A stretch of DNA of 63,126 nt, the filler included, from Octopus bimaculoides (lineage: Eukaryota), in NCBI RefSeq assembly GCF_001194135.2. It is 7 parts of 7 records of this genome, joined end to end, with 100 filler letters (N's around TTAATTAATTAA, not from the genome) between each part and the next. Parts side by side here need not be neighbours in the genome. Positions count along the whole stretch, not along the records: positions 31,641 to 41,864 come from NC_068988.1; positions 41,965 to 54,493 come from NC_069004.1; 5 more parts are not named here. One strand, written 5' to 3'. Numbering within the stretch: position 1 is the stretch's first letter; the number at the start of each line of letters is the position of its first letter. The position numbers were made by a program, and so were the translations under genes. Of the stretch, positions 37,650-48,839 are shown one piece after another. The notes beneath the pieces are model-generated. The model made no database searches. It worked only from the letters and a program-made list of their open reading frames with translations, and was not told the DNA's origin.

Positions 37650-38088
37650 TTAAAGTAATCTAAATTAAAACTCTTCATTAAAAGTTCATGTTAATTTATA
37701 TCCTAAATACCATTGTAATAATGCCAGAATTTAAAAAAAATTGATTGAAATAAAACCAGTGTATTTCAACAGAAATATGGTGATGAAAAGGCTTAAGTTT
37801 CATTGTTTCTATCAGTGCAATTTTGGGATTTAAACTTAGTAAAGAATTCTATTTGTTCAGCATCAAGCTAGACACTTCCTTATCCATGCGTAAAGTGATC
37901 TGCTAATTGGCCAATTGGAAATGTCTCTAATTTACTAGTTTACAATTTACTAGTTACAATATAAAGTAAAAGATGAGTTGAGTGGGTGAAGTATCCCCTA
38001 CCCCTATTGCTTTAAGTTTCTTTCCCTTTTCATAGACCATCAGCATGGTTCCAGTAACATCAGATCAATTGGACATCTGCTGTCTTAC

Positions 38089-38218
38089 GTTATGCTGCAG
38101 TAGTTTCCCACCCACCAGAAATAAGCTGAAAGCAAAGTTCTTGCTTTTGTTATCAACAAAACCATCAACTGCATCTAAGATAAGCATCACCCCTAGCCCG
38201 CCCATGGGTTTACTCCAT
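38089..38218 (-). CDS. Tentative exon of an unidentified protein
   Basis: ctaac branch-like motif, CAG acceptor, GTAAGA donor; 130 nt open: WSKPMGGLGVMLILDAVDGFVDNKSKNFAFSLFLVGGKLLQHN. Confidence 0.45.
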
Positions 38219-38644
38219 CTGTTATTCACTTAATCAGAAATTTTGTGTTAGTTCACTGCATCATACCCCCCCCCCATCAACAAGGCTCTCTCTGTCCCAC
38301 ATTCTAGCATTTCTGAGGCACCTCAAACATGTTTTTTGTTTTCCACATAGTTCTTTCTACACATTAATCAGATTCTCACATTTTTTTTTCTAACTACATA
38401 GGTTCTTCTACACCTTCCTGGATCTGCATCTCTTTGGAAGCCATCCTTCTGATCATGTTTTCTCCAGGGGCATAAACATAAAAATTCAGAAATTCAAATT
38501 AAATATTAACCACATTGATTTCATTGATCTTAGATGGTTTGTACAAAAAACCAATGAAACCGCCTCACATATACATTTACTGCATCCAAGCCCCTCTTTC
38601 ATTTATTTCTGCATTGTTTCACTACACAATCAACAAACCACTGC

Positions 38645-38830
38645 TTTCATCATCATCATCATCATCATCATCACCATCATCAATAGCAGTAGTAGCGGCA
38701 GCAGCATTTTAATGTCCACTTTGCTATGTTTACATGGGTGAGATAGAGTTTACCGAGGCAGACTTTCTATGGATGGATGCCCTTCCAGTTACCAACCCTC
38801 AACTGTGTCCAAACAATATAATATTTTCCC
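38645..38830 (-). mobile_element. RTE-type 3' tail
   Basis: reverse complement of ggttggtaactggaagggcatcc...catg...ttaaa followed by (GAT)n. Confidence 0.65.
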
Positions 38831-39344
38831 ATAATTCTTTGAGAGGATTCCAGATATATAATCAGGTATTCTTTAATCTTTAGCGTGCTGTAGAGGCATG
38901 AAGTTGATGTATGAGTTTTCTCATTTGTAGTTGCAGGCGCACTTTCTTGCATTGAGATGCTTAAAATAAATAAATACTTCGCAAAATTTATTTCTGCTAT
39001 TTCAAGCTGGAAGCAGCCGTCTTTCTATTCAGAACAAGGTTAAACTTCTGTTTTCCGTTGCCATTTCACTTGACACAAGATACAGAATCTTTCAGATTGC
39101 ACTTTGTTTTTAAAGAAATTTTTTTCTGGACTAAAATGGTCGCTCTTCTATTTATGCAGAAAAGATACAAGAAATATCTAGAAGTATGATAGATAAAACT
39201 AAAAGAAAATAGTAAAAAAATACGATTAATCTTCAAAATACTAATATAACCAAGGGAAGCAACTATTAGAAAGTAAAGAATAATAATGTAAGGGACGGAA
39301 ATTGCACATGGAGGTAACTTACCATGGGAGATAACTCCTAAGTT

Positions 39345-39483
39345 CATAAGTGATCATTTTTATTTATCAGTTATGAAGAGCAAAGTCGACCCCGGCAGAA
39401 TTTGAACTCGAGAGACGTAACGACAGACGAAATACCATCCGGCGTGCTAACAATTCTACCAGCTCGCCACCCTGATAATAAAC

Positions 39484-39516
<33 letters not shown>

Positions 39517-39980
39517 GGGATGATGAAGATGATGATAATAATTAGTAATGGTAGTTTCAAATTTTGGCACAAGGCCTGCAATTTCAGGGGAGCGGTATAA
39601 TTGATTATATCAACTCCAGTGCTCGATTGGTACTTATTTTATCAACCATGAAAAGATGGAAGGCAAAGTTGACCTTGGCAGAATTTGAACTCAGAATGTA
39701 AAGGTAGGCAAAAATGTTACTAAACATTTTACCTGGCTTGCCAACTATTCTGTCAGTTTGTCACCCTAATCCTTTCAAATATTAGCACAAGGCCAGCAGC
39801 TTTTGAGGGGAGGAAGTCAGTTGATTACACCAACTCCAGTAATTGGTTGGTATTTATTTTATTAACCCCAAGACGATGAGAGGTAAATTTGACCTTGGTA
39901 GGATTTGAACTCAGAATGTAAAGAATAGGATCAAATATTGCAAAGTATTTTTCCCAGTGCTCTGATATTTTTGCTTGTTC
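39345..39980 (-). mobile_element. Three tandem SINE family D copies, the first two separated by (TAA)n
   Basis: core motif occurs three times; copies 2 and 3 show CpG decay. Confidence 0.85.
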
Positions 39981-39981
39981 A

Positions 39982-40400
39982 CCAGTGCTGGCTGACAGGT
40001 CCCATGCCAGTGGCACATAAAAAGCACCATTCTAGCATAGTTGTTGCCAGTGCTACCTGACTAGCTCCCATTCTGGTGGCACATAAAAAGCACCATTCTA
40101 GCATGGTCGTTGCCAGTGTCGCCTGACTCACTCCCATGACCGTGGCACATTAAAAAGCACTATCCAAGCGTGGTTGATGCCAGTGCTGCCTGAGAGGCCC
40201 TCGTGCCGGTGGCATGTAAAAAGCACCTACTACACTCTCAGAGTGGTTGGCATTAGGAAGGGCATCCAGCTGTAGAAACTCTGACAAATCAGATTGGAGC
40301 CTGGTGCAGCCTTCTGGCTTGCCAGTCCTCAGTCAAACCGTCTAACCCATGCCAGCATGGAAAGCGGATGTTAAACGACAACGATGATGATGATGATGAC
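39982..40400 (+). mobile_element. RTE-type 3' UTR with ~66-bp tandem units and (GAT)n tail
   Basis: units start 39982, 40047, 40113, 40180; then the ggaagggcatccagctgtagaaac tail. Confidence 0.8.
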
Positions 40401-41301
40401 CACCTTGATAGAGAAGAACAATAATAGGTGTGATGTAGATATTGTTCAGGCTAAATAACCTGCAGTCAGTTGTGATGGTTAGCTCCACCTCTTTTTCAGA
40501 AGTAACCTATTAGATGCTATGCAGTGACCCATAAAGTATCCTGACCAGACATGCTCTTGTGATGAAGATAGAGATACAGACATGAAGACAGGTGATGATG
40601 ATAGGATTACAATTTCATAATTATAGATTTCTTTCTTAGCTACTTTCATTATCAGGGTGAGTGAAACAATAAAATATCTTGGCTGCAATATAGTATAGAT
40701 ATTTCTTTTATCAGAATCAAACTGATTAATAGCAAGTTTAACAACATGATGGTTTTCAAAATCAAGACATATGCAGCATAAAAACAGAAAGTTGTGTCTG
40801 GGATTTGTATATTTGTATTAGTTTTCACATAACTTATCATTATAGATTGCTAAGCAGCTTATTAATAATCCAGATCAAATTAACTATAATGTTGATCCAA
40901 TGAAATTATAACCATAATAAGAAGAAAATTCATAAGCACTAACGAAAGTTATTCGCAAAAGTGCAAAGAAGTGTTCTCCCCAAATTTCATCAATCCTAAA
41001 ATAGAAGTAGAAATACAATTTGGGATATGTCTTGGTCTTATAGGATCTTCTCAACAAAACAGTCTACCCAAAGCTTCCTGATCTCACATCAACTTAAAGA
41101 GTATATACTGTGTTGGAGAGGAAATAATTCATAGATTAGGTAGATTAATAGATTCATTACAATGTTAGATGAATTATCTTGTGAGTTTTATTCTAGAACC
41201 TTGGATTTTATGTTCAAATCCCACCGGAATCAACTTTACCTTTCATTCTTCCAAGGTTAATAACTAAAATGCTAAATGATGGTGTTGTGTGTGTGTGTAT
41301 G

Positions 41302-41350
<49 letters not shown>

Positions 41351-41504
41351 CAAATGGATGTGTTATAATACTATTCCACAGCCATACCAACAATCCAACA
41401 TACGTCCATCATCAGCTGCCCCACGGATATCATTATGGTTTCGACACCTGGGCAGTGCCATTCAATCCAGCAGTGTCAACAGCACTGAAATAAGTATTGT
41501 TTGA

Positions 41505-41635
41505 GATTCCTGGCACGCTAGAAAGAACAGCCAAAATCCAAACCACTATTAGGGATTTTTATTTTTCATTCCCTTCGAAGTTTATCCCTAATAGCGGTTT
41601 GGATTTTGGCTGTTCCTTCTAGCATGTCAGGAATC
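41505..41635. repeat. 52-bp inverted repeat, 27-nt loop
   Basis: arms 41505-41556 / 41584-41635, 48/52 complementary. Confidence 0.95.
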
Positions 41636-41769
41636 CTATGATGGATACCTCTTATGTGTTTAAGAATGTACACTATTTATATGAATAATATATAATCTAT
41701 TGACTAATTTTTCTACACGCTAGGCCATTGATAGTAAAAATTTCTAAAATTTTTATTACCTTGATATTA

Positions 41770-41811
<42 letters not shown>

Positions 41812-42054
41812 ACTTGGGGATGGTCATATTGCCAGTTTAGCCAATAAAAACACACGCACTGTATNNNNNNNNNNNNNNNNNNNNNNNNNNNNNNNNNNNN
41901 NNNNNNNNTTAATTAATTAANNNNNNNNNNNNNNNNNNNNNNNNNNNNNNNNNNNNNNNNNNNNCATTATATTATATTTATCTTATGATATTTACTTTAC
42001 TTTATATTATACTCATTTATTGTGCTTTTAATTATTAATTTTTCTATATGTGAT

Positions 42055-42212
42055 AGTGGATTTTCATCGATGAGTTCTTGAAACTTGGTTATTTTCCCTA
42101 AAACCATATATTTTATATATATTTTATCTATAAAGCTTAATTTAATTTTAATTTTTTATAAATTGATTTAAATTGAGTTTTTACCTGTAATTTTGGATTT
42201 TGTCCCTAATAT
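42055..42212 (+). mobile_element. AT-rich repeat homologous to 15092-15298
   Basis: colinear ttttccctaaaac...ttgagtttttacctgtaatttt...ccctaat. Confidence 0.7.
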
Positions 42213-42247
42213 TATTATATATGTATATATATATATATATATATATC

Positions 42248-42285
<38 letters not shown>

Positions 42286-42475
42286 GATAGGCTAATATCA
42301 AACAGTGAGAATGAGTGTCCCCCACCGCATTGGTTTGATAAATATTCTTCATTCGTGGGTCAATATGGCTTCCATGCACCGTCTTCAAACACCCGCAACC
42401 GAGATGTGTCTTACAATGCTGCAACACATATCTTTGTCCTCCATTAGCATTTCAACAGCCTCACTTTCATATTCT

Positions 42476-42512
<37 letters not shown>

Positions 42513-42574
42513 TCTCTCTCTCTCTGCAGTTCGCTTTGTCATCGGCCTTGTTTGGGTTACATTCTTTTGCATTT

Positions 42575-43024
42575 TCTTACTTGCTTCAGTCATTTGAGTG
42601 CCTTTAGTTGAAGAAGTCGATCCCAAGACTTATTCTTTGTAAGCCGAGTAATTAGTCTATCGTCACTTTTTGACGAACCGCTAAGTTTCGGGGACGTAAA
42701 CATACCAACGTCGGTTGTCAAGCGATGGCGGAGGGACATGCACAGACACACAAACACACACACATATATATACACNNNNNNNNNNNNNNNNNNNNNNNNN
42801 NNNNNNNNNNNNNNNNNNNNNNNNNNNNNNNNNNNNNNNNNNNNNATATATATATATATATATATACGACGGGCTTCTTTCAGTTTTCGTCTACCAAATC
42901 CACTCTCAAGGCTTTGATCGGCCTGAGGCTATAGTAGAAGACACTTGCCCAAGGTGCCAAGCAGTGGGACTGAACCCAAAACCATGTGGTTGGGAAGCAA
43001 TCTTCTTACCACACAGCCACGCCG
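42575..43024 (-). mobile_element. Full-length SINE family C with internal microsatellite (gapped)
   Basis: head, internal (TA)/(TG) tract containing the N gap, tail. Confidence 0.88.
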
Positions 43025-43074
43025 GCGGGTTGCGGAAGTCCTTGTAATATAACCCCTAGCATGACTCCTGTTTT

Positions 43075-43945
43075 TTCAGCATGATAGCAGTGGTCAGCAA
43101 AACCTGCAATAATAGTAGTATATACATATATGGCGACACAATCAGTACTCAGAAGACAGAAGTCATGCACCAACCAGCCCTCCAGCCACAGAAACTGTAT
43201 GTAACACTAACTATCACTGTCGAGAGGGAACCCTAAATGTTGTGAATAAGTTCACCTATCTCGGCAACTCCAGATCTGTGAAAATTGACGACGAAGTCAA
43301 CGCATACATCGCAAAGGGAAGCTCGGCATTCGGGCGACTACGTGAATTAATGTGGGAGATGAGAGGCTGGCCACCAAGTTGTACCAAGCAGTTGTATTGA
43401 CTAAATTACTGTATGCCTGCGAGACCTGGACAGTTTAACAACATCACGCCAAAGCTGAGAAAGCTGTTGAAAATTACCTGACAAGACAAGGTCCCAGACA
43501 CGGAGTTCCTCTCGCGCGCTGAGGAGAGAACAGGTCAGGTGGACAAGCCACCTTGTTCGAATCCCTAACATACGACGATCCAAAAGAGTGTTTTACAGTG
43601 AATTGGCACAGGCAAGCGCACACATTCACAGATATTCTGAAGTGCTTTCAGATCAACCCCGACATCTGGGAAATGCAAACACACGACCACGCTATCTGAC
43701 GTAACTGCATCAACAGAGGTGCCACTTCCTACGAACCGAAATGAATTGCAGGAACACAAAGAAAACCTGAGCTGCTCAGGTCAAGAGCCAACTCCCTACT
43801 TTCATTTCCAGTAGATCGCCAGTGCCAGATCCATCGTAGAACCTCCAGAGCACGCATCGGCCTGATCAACCACAGCCGGTGTACCGTGACCCATCTTCTT
43901 TTCCCATGTGCTGTCCTGGTCATCGTCGACAACAACGGAAGAACA
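43075..43945 (+). pseudogene. RTE (BovB-like) LINE 3' fragment
   Basis: STQKTEVMHQP, VNKFTYLG, IAKGSSAFGRL, LLYACETW, RWTSHLVR motifs, zinc-knuckle-like end, gtcatcgtcgacaacaacgga 3' end. Confidence 0.88.
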
Positions 43946-45202
43946 TTTGTATTGTTATTACAGAGGAGTATGTATATATGTATCCATATATATGCGTGTG
44001 TGGCTGTATATATGTGTGTGTGTACACACATACACACACGCACATTGAAGCCCACTGAGAAAATATCTGCTTTGTTGCTCGACTCGCAAGAAATGATAAC
44101 AAAATCTCCCTCACTATCACACACTGGCATCTAAAAATAAAAGCTAGAGGAAAACAATGACAGTATGCTTTAGATCCCAGATCAGCTCGATCGCTCGATC
44201 ATGCTTGTTGTAGAGTCAATCACGAATAGCATTTTCACGCATGCAGTCATGATATTGCGCTCGCGCGCACGTTAACAACTGCAAGAAATACTTCATGAAA
44301 AGAATTATGTCGGACGCGGTCCGTATGTTTTTGAATATACCTCAACTGCGGACTCTCAAGTTGTCATCGTTGCCAACAAAAGACCAGCAGGAGAAGATGT
44401 CCGTCAATTTAATGCTCCTGAACTTAATGAAGTGGCAATTATTCTGGTTGGAAAAGGACATGGCAAACGAGATATTGTTTTCAAGCATCATGACAGTAAC
44501 AACCAGTTTAATAAATGAAATTTATTGTTCACACGATGTTTTATAATATCCTTCGCCTTTTGTTAAGGAAGAAATGGATATCACTTCGGTATACCACTAG
44601 CTTAAGAAATCACTTCAAAGAAAAGAAAAAGAAAAGATAAAGAAAAAAGGAAAGAAATGAAAACTGTATCCTGTATGGATGAATTATTATGTTTCTCGAT
44701 TGATTATTCTAAGTAATGCGTCTAATTCATTAGACGAATTAATTCATTACTGCTAATCTCTTTTCCCTCCGTATATTGTTGATATTTATGCTAAAATAGA
44801 ACCAGAATGGCTGTTTTTCATTAAAACAGAATCAAAGAGAATTGCATAATGATTCGTAAATGCATTTACAAAATGGCGTTAACAACGATATTGCTAGGAC
44901 AGAGCTTGAACAACTTTGTATTCTTCCATCCAATTTTATAGGAAGCCCAAGATATATGCATGAGAGGATGCATGATGCCATGACTCATCTACGAAATTAT
45001 AAGCACCATGATCCTCTCATCACTTATTTACAATGCTAAATCAGACGAAATCCACGCAGATTTTTTCCAAAGCAATTACACACCGACAGATATGACATAA
45101 TTGCAAACGTTCTTCATCTCAAAGTTTCCAAGGTTTGGACCAAATAACTAACCTTTACATATTTTGACCAGTGCGTTGCTACACGTACTGTATATTATTG
45201 GA

Positions 45203-45410
45203 ATCAAATTTTGACACAAAGCCAGCAATTTGGGAGAGGCCGTAAGTCGATTACATCTGCCCCATCGCTCGACTGGTACTTATTTTATCGACCTCGGAAG
45301 GATGAAAGACAAAGTCGACCTCAGTGGAGTTTGAACTCAGAACGTAAAGACGGACGAAATGCCGCTAAGCATTTTGCCCGGTATGCTAGCGTTTCTACCA
45401 GCTTGTCACC

Positions 45411-45411
<1 letters not shown>
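45203..45411 (-). mobile_element. SINE family D (tail type 2)
   Basis: caaattttgacacaaagccagcaattt tail, core, head abutting (TAA)n. Confidence 0.88.
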
Positions 45412-45463
<52 letters not shown>

Positions 45464-45464
<1 letters not shown>

Positions 45465-45801
45465 TACCTATTGTCATAGGTGCCCTGGCAATGACAGCGA
45501 AACGGGCTGATTACTACCTAGATCAGATACCAGGAAACCCCAAAATGGCTGAAGTTCAAAAGATAGTGCTCATGGGAACTGCCCATATCCTACGTAAAAT
45601 ACTGTCTATGTGATCGCAAATTTTAAAGCAAACACATAATTTTCTTATGGTTTCTTAAACATTCACTTGAACAAGACTGTACAAATCCAAATATATGGTA
45701 CCCTAGGCATAACACCTACATGAACTTCTAACTTGTTGTCTTTTGAGGTCTCTGGGTGAGACTTGGATTCAACTTGTACAAATGCAAAACAAAAGTCAAA
45801 C

Positions 45802-45803
<2 letters not shown>
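45464..45803 (+). mobile_element. 5'-truncated Dong/R4-like RLE retrotransposon in (TAA)n
   Basis: IPIVIGAL..EVQKIVLMGTAHILRKILSM*; 3' UTR; (TAA)n at 45412-45463 and 45805-45843. Confidence 0.9.
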
Positions 45804-45832
<29 letters not shown>

Positions 45833-46333
45833 AATAATAATAACAACAACAGCAACAACAACAACAACAATGGACTTCATAAAATTAAAATCAAACATGG
45901 TTCAGGGTTTATGTGATGACCTCGATCCAATTGCTCAATGGACAAATATTTCAGAAATTTCACTAAAGTAACGCAAAGACGTTATGATGGATATCCATCA
46001 TACGAAAGAAGAACACAAAATGGAGATATTTGAAACAAAAATTGGTCAGCATATAATTGGTAATCAATAGGCAGTGCTTTATTTTAACTCTTTTGACTGC
46101 CACATAAGCGTAGGATACTGTAATTCCATGAAGTCAATCAAGCGCATTCGCAAGTATGCTAACAAGGGTTCTAACACGCAATGATCACTCTCCAACACCA
46201 GACATTTCAAGATGAAGTTACACAGTTCCAGATGGAATGGTATATTTGTAGCAAAGAGTTTTTCGGAGAATATTTGGCTTCTCCAATACTACAACAATAT
46301 TCTCTAATACAACAACTGGTTCTTCATTTAGAG

Positions 46334-46937
46334 CAATGTTTCTCAGCAGGGACCCATATGACTTGTGGGGCCCACATAAGATTTTGTTATTAAAATTTAT
46401 CTGCAATAAATTACTTATACTTCTTTCTTTTCTTTTTTTCTTTAATCCTCTAACGCGGAGTATAGGTCACTTATAATTGAATTCCATGTCGCATAATTTT
46501 TCGCTTCTGTACTTATACTCTGCCATGAATGTCCCCCTTTCTCCAGTTCCTTTTGTGTTGATCTACGCCACGAGTTCTTAGGCCTACCCCTCTTTCTATA
46601 TCCATCCGGATTCCACTGTAAAGCACTTTTCGCTACATTTGGTGTGTCTTTTCTAATTGTGCTACCAATCCACTTCCACTTTTTCTTAAATATTTGCTCC
46701 CTAATCGAAACTTGATTCGTTCTTTACCATATTGCTTATGTGTTCGGGCCATCTGATTTTAAGTATGCTTATACTTCTATAACAGAAAAAATGTCTTAAT
46801 TTTTTTTATACAATTTCTATTTAATTATAAAAATAGATTTTTTTTTAATGCATCGGTTGATTATTGATTATGTGGGTCCAGTAAAGTAAAACATGAATCA
46901 AAGTGATCCACAGGCAATAAATGGCTGAGAACCATTG
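46334..46937. mobile_element. hAT (Charlie-like) MITE in the Helitron
   Basis: TIR CAATGTTTCTCAGC / GCTGAGAACCATTG (13/14); perfect TSD ATTTAGAG; removal restores HLENGQRIYF. Confidence 0.93.
46425..46767 (-). mobile_element. RTE 3' fragment inside the hAT MITE
   Basis: ILKIRWP..KWKWIG..ALQWNPDGYRKRGRPKNSWRR; 11-bp TSD CTTATACTTCT at 46414-46424 and 46768-46778. Confidence 0.9.
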
Positions 46938-47073
46938 ATTTAGAGAATGGACAAAGAATATATTTTACAAAAGAAATTACTACTCAGTAGCTCCTAGCTT
47001 CAACAGAAATTGCATTAGCAACGTTTTTCAGACTTTGACAGAAAGTCTCTTTCGCTAAAACCATGTTATACTA

Positions 47074-47401
47074 AAGGAGCACTCCGTCGGTTACGACGAC
47101 GAGGGTCCCAGCTGATCCGATCAACAGAACATCTTGCTCGTGAAATTAACGTCCAAGTGACTGAGCATTCCACAGACACGTGTACCCCTAACGTAGTTCT
47201 CAGGGAGACTCAGCGTGACACAGAGTGTGACAAGGCTGGCCCTTTGAATTACAGGTACTACTCATTTTTGCCAGCTGAGTAGACTAGAGCAACGTGAAAT
47301 AAAGTGTCTTGCTCAAGGACACAACGCGTCGCAGGGAATCGAACTCACGACTGTACAATCATGAGCCGAATGCCCTAACCACTAAGCCACGCACCTTCAC
47401 T
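47074..47401 (-). mobile_element. Full-length SINE family A in the Helitron
   Basis: 11-bp TSD ATGTTATACTA at 47063-47073 and 47402-47412. Confidence 0.93.
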
Positions 47402-48279
47402 ATGTTATACTATCAATTACAGTAATAGACATGAATCAACAAATAATGGAATCACAGAAAAAGAGGCGCTGAAGCTCAAGATTATCCTGATATCTGATTC
47501 GAAAATGTTCTGGGCAGAGATTATACTGTGCATCCAACTCTGCAAGAATGCTTTTACTTTAGGCTACTTCTTCATAAAATCCATGGTACCACATTCTTTC
47601 TCATCCTTTGAAACGTTGATGACTCTGCCTGTTCTACCTATAAGGACGCTTCTTTTAGCGTAGGATTGCTACAGGACAATATGCATTTAATGGCAGCTAT
47701 GTCAGAGACTTCTGTGTGTAGCATAAGAAGAATTTTGAGAACACTGTTTGCAATTCTACTTAAAAATCGTGATTTATCAATATGGCTAAGAGATAGTCTT
47801 AATCTTGCAGAAGACTACAAATACCAGATACAATGTCCTGGCAGGAAAATAGAATACAATGGTGAAACCTACAATGCAGAATTAATTGCTATAGAAAACA
47901 AAGTTGTTTCTATGACGGTGAATGAATTGCATGCGTATGGGTTTCCAAATACCAATCGTTCTGAAGTCGATAGTTTTACAAAGCTATTAAAAGAAGCTTT
48001 CTAAAGCACTGAAGACCTCTCAAGATATGTTTGTGAAAATTAACCAAATTGCTGCCTGAACAGAAACTAGTCTACGATACTATGCTAGAAATGATTTTTA
48101 TTTTTATCGAAAGGGCGCAGGGTATTTTTCTTAATACAAAACTTTTGTCTCTAAGCTCTTGCTTTCCAAAACTGTGACAATTAAAAAAAGTAGCTTTGGC
48201 CGTTGCTTCTTCAGTTATTGCTGCCACAGAGGAAGAACAATCAGCTCTAAATTCAACTTAGCTACTTGGCACTATGTCT

Positions 48280-48542
48280 GTTACGACGACAAGGGTTCCA
48301 GTTGATCCGATCAACAGAACAGCCTGCTCGTGAAAATTAACGTGCAAGTGGCTGAGCACTCCACAGCTCTCAGAGAGATTCAGCGTGACATAAGATGTGG
48401 CAAGGCTGGCCCTTTGAAATACAGTTACTACTCATTTTTCCAGCTGAGTGAACTGGTGCACTGTAAAATAAAGTGTCGAGTATCGAACTCAAGACTTTAC
48501 GATTATGAGCCAAATACCCTAACCGCTAAACCACGTGCCTTC
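48280..48542 (-). mobile_element. SINE family A (internally deleted)
   Basis: homology to 47074-47401. Confidence 0.85.
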
Positions 48543-48839
48543 ATTTAGCTAACACCGTTTTATAGTACGAGTGAAACATCTGTGATAACACAACTACCAA
48601 AGAGGTGTCATCTCATTACTTGGATGAGAGCACGACGACAAACAAAAAGTGTTTGGAAGGCCTGAATTGAAGCCTTCAAGATTTAAGAAATTCTGAAGCA
48701 TAAACGGATGGCGTTAGCACTGCACTATCAGATTTCACCAGATAATACCAAAAGGTATTAAAGCAGATGAGTTGATAGCTTACTTGAAATCATCTTATTT
48801 GTGAAGACAAACAACAAGAATGAACCTAAGAATCTACGT

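Noticed and set aside
41400-41460. GAAA...CTGATGA on the minus strand as a type II/III hammerhead
   Set aside because: The CTGCCC/GGGCAG stem excludes the core; helices II and III cannot be formed.
42060-42090. TCGATGA..GAAAC as a hammerhead
   Set aside because: No helix II; the homologous copy at 15 kb reads GAAC.
47300-47401. tRNA genes at SINE heads
   Set aside because: A/B boxes present but no complete cloverleaf; they continue into SINE bodies.
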